64,000 bases of DNA from a virus. Lineage: Duplodnaviria > Caudoviricetes. The translations under genes and the position numbers were made by a program. The stretch is taken from positions 17,008 through 81,007 of IMG/VR virus record IMGVR_UViG_3300013232_000197; one strand, written 5' to 3'. The notes below the pieces were generated by a model that ran no database searches, was not told where the DNA came from, and saw nothing but the letters and a program-made list of their open reading frames with translations. Positions 58,108-64,000 of this stretch are shown here, piece after piece; position 1 is the stretch's first letter, and each line of letters opens with the position of its first letter.

Positions 58108-59418
58108 ATGTTCCCAAATCCCAATGTTCCTATCAATGACCCTTATCTATTAACAGATTCCAATCGTAGAATCAAATGGGATGGTGGAGCTATTTATCGT
58201 GATCTGTGGCAATGGAATTTTACTCCTGTAGGTGGTTATCAAACTAATGCATATACGGCAAATAATGTTGAAGTACCACAGTACTCAGAGCCAGCTTCAG
58301 TGTACTCAGATTTAGGAATATACAAAGCATGGGAAACTACAAAAGGAGAAGGAATTACTGTAGCTATTGCCGACTCTGGTTGCCATGTACATACTGAACT
58401 TAAGAATAAAATCCTTGGGGGCAATGCTGTGAGTGGAGCGGGCACTTGGAATACAGATTCAACTGGGCATGGTACTCATATCGCCAGCATCATCGCAGCC
58501 GAAGGAAACAATGGGTTGGGCGTTGTAGGATTGGCACCCATGTCTAACCTTTACATAATCAAATGCAACTACAACTGCCGAGATATTCCTTTTATTGTTA
58601 ATGCTGCCATTGCAGCAACCGCTTCAATCTTAGTAATGTCTTGGGGATTTTCAGAAAATGATGCCATGGCAAAAGATGCATTGATACGAGCCGGTGACAA
58701 TGGCATTACAGTGGTGTGTGCGGCGTTTAACCAACCTATTGATCAAGGGTCTCAACCAGATTATCCTATTCAATGGAAGCTCCCAAATGTAATTGCTGTA
58801 AGTAACTCTACAATGGAAGATGTTCCGTATTCATGGGCAGCATATTCCAATTCGTTAATTCATCTTCATGCTCCAGGACGATTGATAGTTGTTGCAACAA
58901 TTCCATCCAAAGGAACATATGCTTATACATCAGGAACCAGTTTCGCAACCCCATTTGTTGCCGGAGCATTGGCATTGATTCAGTCTGCATTTCCATATTT
59001 AACAGCACAAGAAAAGATTGATAGACTTCTGGCTTCAGTGGATAGATTGCCTCAATATAACGGAAAAACAATTACCGGTGGACGATTAAATATAGGTTGG
59101 GCTATCTGTGGACCAAGACAAAGTATAGTATTGGAAAATGGTCAACCAGTCATTTATTTCAATGGCCCAGTAAATTCGTTTATTCAAGTAGATGAAACCA
59201 CCGATTTTATGACTTGGCATCCACTGCCGTTACTTCAAGCAAACATTTCGGGGGCTGCACAAATATATCCAACCGGAAGCATGGGATACTATAGAGCTAA
59301 ACTGGTTCGTCCACAGTCAGAATGGATGCTGCCAGCTAAATATGCCGCAAAATCATTATCTGTTTTGCAAAAAATATTTCCTCCTAAACGACCACCAATA
59401 CATCTAAGTAATCCTTAA
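58108..59418 (+). CDS. S8 subtilisin-like serine protease
   Basis: Catalytic D (VAIADSG), H (GHGTH) and S (GTSFATP). Confidence 0.9.
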   Translation: MFPNPNVPINDPYLLTDSNRRIKWDGGAIYRDLWQWNFTPVGGYQTNAYTANNVEVPQYSEPASVYSDLGIYKAWETTKGEGITVAIADSGCHVHTELKNKILGGNAVSGAGTWNTDSTGHGTHIASIIAAEGNNGLGVVGLAPMSNLYIIKCNYNCRDIPFIVNAAIAATASILVMSWGFSENDAMAKDALIRAGDNGITVVCAAFNQPIDQGSQPDYPIQWKLPNVIAVSNSTMEDVPYSWAAYSNSLIHLHAPGRLIVVATIPSKGTYAYTSGTSFATPFVAGALALIQSAFPYLTAQEKIDRLLASVDRLPQYNGKTITGGRLNIGWAICGPRQSIVLENGQPVIYFNGPVNSFIQVDETTDFMTWHPLPLLQANISGAAQIYPTGSMGYYRAKLVRPQSEWMLPAKYAAKSLSVLQKIFPPKRPPIHLSNP

Positions 59419-59813
59419 GAAATTTTCCACCAGTCTGCACCATCTTTTTCGTCCGCATCCAATCCATCAAACAATGGTAGCGGAGCAGATTTTTTCATCA
59501 ATTCTTCACCATAGAACTTATTAACCTTCACCCGCAAAGCATCATAGTCTTCATCTAACTTCTTTAAGCATTCATGGCTGGTGTTTAGTTTCTTTTCCAG
59601 TTCTTTCGCACGAGCATACATCTTCTCCTGCTTATCCCAAGACATAGATTCCAATTTACTGGCGGGATATTGTAGAATAAACTGCAATACTTTGTCAAAG
59701 TTGGCAGTTGCTTCACTTTTTAGTACTTCGCTCAAGGTCAATAGCAATAAAGCTTCAGACTTTATTGCTTGTTCCTCGGCAAGCCATTCTTTTGTAGGTT
59801 TTTTGTTTTTCAT
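59415..59813 (-). CDS. coiled-coil hypothetical protein
   Basis: Convergent ORF overlapping the protease stop. Confidence 0.65.
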   Translation of the reverse strand: MKNKKPTKEWLAEEQAIKSEALLLLTLSEVLKSEATANFDKVLQFILQYPASKLESMSWDKQEKMYARAKELEKKLNTSHECLKKLDEDYDALRVKVNKFYGEELMKKSAPLPLFDGLDADEKDGADWWKIS

Positions 59814-59892
59814 AACTTATTCTCCATCACTAATATGTAGCACCCAAAACATTCAACTTGACTTTTTTTATGAGTGTGATATGCTATGTGCC

Positions 59893-60537
59893 ATGAATGA
59901 GATTACCGATTACACAGTTTTGCGTGGTACATTCCGTGTCGGTCACGATGGCAGTTTAGAAGTGCAAGTGCAGAAACTTATTTGCATGGGATGGCAACCC
60001 CTTGGCTCAGCTATGCCCATCAATAGTGATTGGGTCACTCAAACAATGGTCAAGTACAAAGGACACTAAAACGAAACTTGACGCCACCACTAAAACATGA
60101 TACAGTGACACCATGAAAGAACCCATTGCCTTCCTCATAATGATTGTGCTCTTTGCGCTCGCCATGTGGTTTGGAGCACATGTGCAAACCCAGGAAATCC
60201 ATCGGCAAGCCACAAAAGTCGGTGTAGGATACTTTCATCCCGTTACTGGAGGTTTCGTTTGGAAAACCAATACAAATACAATCATCACACCATGACATTT
60301 TCTTTTACCAACCAAGAATACCTCGTCCTCCAAACAGCATTGGAGCAAGCTTCCCTTCATCTTCAGGACTTAAGCAACAAGGCGAAAGCTAATGAGAAGT
60401 TCTTGACCGACCAAGAAAAACGTGCTCTGTTTGTTGCAACTTCACTATCTAAACAAATGCTTGATCTATCAACAAAACTCAACAGTGAAGTTAAAACTTC
60501 TATGTTAGAACAATTCGCAGAAACCAGAATCATATGA
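59893..60537 (+). other. small ORFs 59893..60069, 60113..60295 (membrane) and 60292..60537
   Basis: Promoters at 59858 and 60078. Confidence 0.55.
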
Positions 60538-60983
60538 AAATCGCCTACAAACTCGTCCGCCGTGGTCCGTATGGTATGCTGACATCGTGTATTTCGTGTA
60601 TTGCGTGTCAGAACGACTCATGGGTGGGAGAATATTTTGTTTATTATACCGGACAGATAATGCGTCCTCCTTACGGGAAGTTTTTCGTCTTTGGAGAGTT
60701 GCCCACAGAGGATCAAATCTATAAAATCATAGGAAGTACTCTCTATTATCGGGTGTACAAATGTGTGGTGCCGGAACTCCTTCCCACTCCCGCAATAAGT
60801 GGACGGCTTAGTGTTCGGAATCTAAAAGCGTTTTGGAAAGAAAAAAAATATAACCAGGAACCGGCACCAAATGATGATTTAAGTGGCGCATTCGTTATTA
60901 GCCCCATTCCAGGAACTTTTTGGGCATCTGAAATCATACTGATTGAAGATGTCACGCCTCAAATCGTCACCCATCCAAAGTAA
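60534..60983 (+). CDS. hypothetical protein, likely paralog of 61302..61784
   Basis: Shared YK.V..S, V.Y..G...P..G.K..VF, V..C.V pattern. Confidence 0.6.
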   Translation: MKIAYKLVRRGPYGMLTSCISCIACQNDSWVGEYFVYYTGQIMRPPYGKFFVFGELPTEDQIYKIIGSTLYYRVYKCVVPELLPTPAISGRLSVRNLKAFWKEKKYNQEPAPNDDLSGAFVISPIPGTFWASEIILIEDVTPQIVTHPK

Positions 60984-61301
60984 TCATATGAAAATCGAAA
61001 TGCCAATCCAACCTATTAAACCAACACTCCCACCCATTGTGTTCAACGACTTGAAGGATGGTGATATTTTCCAGTGGAAATATCGCCGAAGTACTGAGTG
61101 GCAACCCGCACTCTTCTTGATGCTTAACAAGAATATCTCTACATGGGGACCTCAGATACCGATGGCGATTAACTTGTCTTCCTTGGAGAGTCATCCGACA
61201 CAGAATCCTGGTGCCTCTTTTGATGAGAGGGATAACATAATCTATCGGGTGTATGACAAGGTGACACTCCATATCCCCCGAGAAACCAACTCATTCCCAT
61301 A

Positions 61302-61784
61302 ATGAATACCTATTACAAAGTCGTCGCCATTGAGCGAAAGAATAAGAAAGTTATCCGTCGCTCTTACCTCCACAAGCGTCTTAACAAACAGATGCCAGAA
61401 TCGATGGTTGTTGAGTACCCATTTGGAAAGCCTGCTCGACCCCAAGTAAGCGGTACCAAGCTAATGGTGTTTGGTAATAAACAACAAGCTATTCGGTTTC
61501 AAGGTGGTATAGACCAAGACCTTGAAGTGTGGGCGTGTAAAGTAACTAACCCTGTACAAATCTATCACGTTTGCACGTTTAATGAACTGCCTAACACTGC
61601 TCCAATTTCTCTTCAAGAAATATGGTATGATCTTTTGAAATACGACGAAGATTCACATCTTGATTGGATTTTATTTCGTCGCAAAGTAGGGTGTGATCGG
61701 CGCTACTCTGTGTTAGACATTATTAACGCACCATGCCATACTTTCGCTTGTGATTCCGTCACAATAACAAAACGAGTGAAATGA
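61302..61784 (+). CDS. hypothetical protein, likely paralog of 60534..60983
   Basis: Same motif pattern as 60534..60983. Confidence 0.6.
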   Translation: MNTYYKVVAIERKNKKVIRRSYLHKRLNKQMPESMVVEYPFGKPARPQVSGTKLMVFGNKQQAIRFQGGIDQDLEVWACKVTNPVQIYHVCTFNELPNTAPISLQEIWYDLLKYDEDSHLDWILFRRKVGCDRRYSVLDIINAPCHTFACDSVTITKRVK

Positions 61785-62778
61785 ATACCTATGGAGAGTG
61801 TGCGGCGTGTGGAAAGCATTTTAATGAAGGAGAAGAAGTCTTCAAACTCCAGAAGCTTCAACGCTTTCCATCGCTCGGTGCTCACCCGGTTACAGTAGTA
61901 GAGTTTACCTTTGAATACTGTTACAAGTGTTTGTGGGAAACTGACGAGGTTAATAATCTATTAACGAAAACAAAAGCACAAAAGAGTTTTAGCAAAATTT
62001 TTCCAGGAAACCTTTAACATCGTGCTAAAACAAATTGACCTAACAAGAGAAGGTAACTACTACTTTGACGCCGAAGGTGAACCGATGGTATGTACCTGCT
62101 TCGTCAGTAAAGTAATTCCAGAAGAAACAGAGGAAGTCACCGCCACAATCTCCACAGACCCATTGCCCAACGCAGTAAGAATCCTCGTAACCCACGGAGG
62201 ATTCTATCGCTGGGGATGGGAAGTGCCTGAGTGGAATAATGCGGGCGGTATGCTCTTAAAAACAGAAGAACTACTCAGTAAAATCTTTCCAGATGCTATG
62301 GAAGATGGACTGGATAAACCCAAGCCCCTGTGGATACAGTTCTCACCGAAGTAAGCATATAAAAGTAGAAATGGTATGACAACTAAAATATCTAAAAAGA
62401 AACTAACCCGCTGCAAGAGATTGGCACGAAAATGCTCAGATAATCAATGCTGCAATGCAACAGGACCAAATTATTACGAATGTACCCGTAAACCTGGACA
62501 TAAAGGAAATCATATCGCTTGCGGGGAACACGAGCATAACTTGGATGTCTGGTAAGCACATAAAAGCAGAAACTTCTATGCCAAATAGAATATCTACCAT
62601 CCCTAGTGCTGTTATCTGTGTCCGTTCAAAAGATGGATGGTGTGAACTGCTAGATCAACACAATACCGCTTACCGAGACATGATGGCAACCAAGTGCGGA
62701 CATATAGTGGTGTTCCCGATGGGAATAAAGCGCCGTAAGCCTACATGCAACGAATGCAAGAAAGCAGATAACTTATGA
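61781..62778 (+). other. small hypothetical ORFs (61781..62017, 62022..62354, 62455..62778)
   Basis: Packed ORFs. Confidence 0.5.
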
Positions 62779-62886
62779 AACCTTTCGCCGAAATAACTCT
62801 GCAAGAGTACCTCTACATGCGTATGCGTATTCGCATCGTGGAGACATTTGCTTTGATGATGTTTTTGACTTGGTGAATATAAGACC

Positions 62887-63078
62887 TTAAGGTAAACGAC
62901 CCTGTACCCATTTGCCCTCGGCAATCAGCCACTTCTTGTACATCTCTTTCATCACCTTTTCTTGCTCGGTGAAAGAAATAAAACTTTGCTTCAAACAGTC
63001 CGCTTCAGGCTGGCTCGCTAACCAACTCCTAAACTTGGCTACATCTCTTCTCGGTATTACTAACGTATTGTTATCCAT
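62887..63078 (-). CDS. hypothetical protein
   Basis: ORF preceded by a purine-rich leader. Confidence 0.5.
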   Translation of the reverse strand: MDNNTLVIPRRDVAKFRSWLASQPEADCLKQSFISFTEQEKVMKEMYKKWLIAEGKWVQGRLP

Positions 63079-63230
63079 AACACTCTCTCCCTTTTTATAT
63101 TATTCATCGTCCTGCTCATAATGACACTCATAACATATCCAAACCTCCCGGTTGTCATCCCAGTACATGCTGCACCCACACATCTCGCAGTTGGTCATGC
63201 ATATAACTATCAATAACCCATCCCATCCCA

Positions 63231-63422
63231 TTACCCTTTCCGATAAGTAGGCCAAGGTCGGTGAGCACCTAACGTATCTACAGGCATCCGTATTCCATTA
63301 ACAAGTACATACTTCGGATTTAACGGATTGTCAAATGGCCCAATACAAGGCACAATCACATCCACCATAGAACTCGTCCCTTCCCCCTCGGGTGATTTAA
63401 CTATATTCTTCTGTATCTCCAT
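63231..63422 (-). CDS. hypothetical protein
   Basis: ORF directly downstream of 63433..63945. Confidence 0.5.
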   Translation of the reverse strand: MEIQKNIVKSPEGEGTSSMVDVIVPCIGPFDNPLNPKYVLVNGIRMPVDTLGAHRPWPTYRKG

Positions 63423-63432
63423 ATCTCAATCC

Positions 63433-63945
63433 TTATCTGTTATAGAACTCTTCAAGTATATCCTTGTCCATCTCACTCAACTCATAAGGAATCAATACTT
63501 CTGCCTTCGTCCTCACCGGCCTATCATTCCCTCTCCCTATGCTAGACATCACCGGCTGCGGCTTCCTATTCTTATTCCTTAATGCCTCCGCCCTCTCTGC
63601 TAAATTCCTATCACTCTCCCTTAACCTCTCCATCTCCCATTTCTCCCTCGTCATCTTCACTAGCTCTTGTAAATCTCTTCCCATCTTATCCGTCTTGTCA
63701 ATCTGTGCCTGTAACTCAGGACTCCATACACTCTTCTCCCGAACCTTAATAACATTAACTCCTCTCTCCTTCTCCACAGGAATAGCTACGTCCCCATCAA
63801 TATGCATCCTCATCTCACGCCCTCTTACCCTTTCAATAATGTTTAACGTATGCCTATATTCACGCATCATTGCCCAAGATATCCCCGCAGCTATCCCCAA
63901 TAACACCAGCGGTATCAAAACATATATCAGTACTATCGTCGTCAT
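63433..63945 (-). CDS. membrane-anchored coiled-coil protein
   Basis: N-terminal TM helix followed by a charged coil; coding strand strongly depleted of C. Confidence 0.65.
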   Translation of the reverse strand: MTTIVLIYVLIPLVLLGIAAGISWAMMREYRHTLNIIERVRGREMRMHIDGDVAIPVEKERGVNVIKVREKSVWSPELQAQIDKTDKMGRDLQELVKMTREKWEMERLRESDRNLAERAEALRNKNRKPQPVMSSIGRGNDRPVRTKAEVLIPYELSEMDKDILEEFYNR

Positions 63946-64000
63946 AATCTTATATACCTCTCCTTCTCTATAATCATATCACATCCCTATACTATACCTC

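Noticed and set aside
1-64000. Stop-codon reassignment
   Set aside because: Conserved genes are full length in the standard code, and TAA, TGA and TAG all end genes at expected positions

Overview
This window looks like part of a large (probably jumbo) dsDNA bacteriophage genome: an early/accessory region of about 120 densely packed, mostly plus-strand genes read in the standard code. I found no capsid, terminase or polymerase genes, no canonical tRNA and no CRISPR array. Recognisable genes include a WGR-PARP, three orphan DNA methyltransferases, a DUF2828/TROVE-like (Ro60-related) vWA protein, two kinase/vWA signalling modules (J-domain kinase + vWA + pyruvate-kinase-like enzyme; TerY-like vWA + PP2C + YegI-like kinase), a deamidated NAD+ salvage set (truncated PncA, PncB, NadE, Prs, a HIGH nucleotidyltransferase, Nudix), tRNA/translation and repair genes (Thg1, minimal ThrRS, Pth2-like, TrmH, two RNA ligases, ATP-dependent DNA ligase, ThyX), four free-standing homing endonucleases, a LamG protein and an S8 protease. 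The most striking non-coding features are (i) a ~900-nt structured RNA array with four copies of a stem-CAGCA-stem element directly upstream of the Ro60-like gene, (ii) a ~217-nt closed RNA structure with YCAAA quasi-repeats directly after a DIP1984-like coiled-coil gene, and (iii) about 25 sigma70-type promoters, most only 6-9 nt from an ATG (leaderless), plus a second ATATTTAT motif before the homing endonucleases. A prepilin-motif micropeptide and a Verrucomicrobia-style protease C-terminus hint at a PVC-group host. All protein calls come from motifs read by eye; no database search was run.
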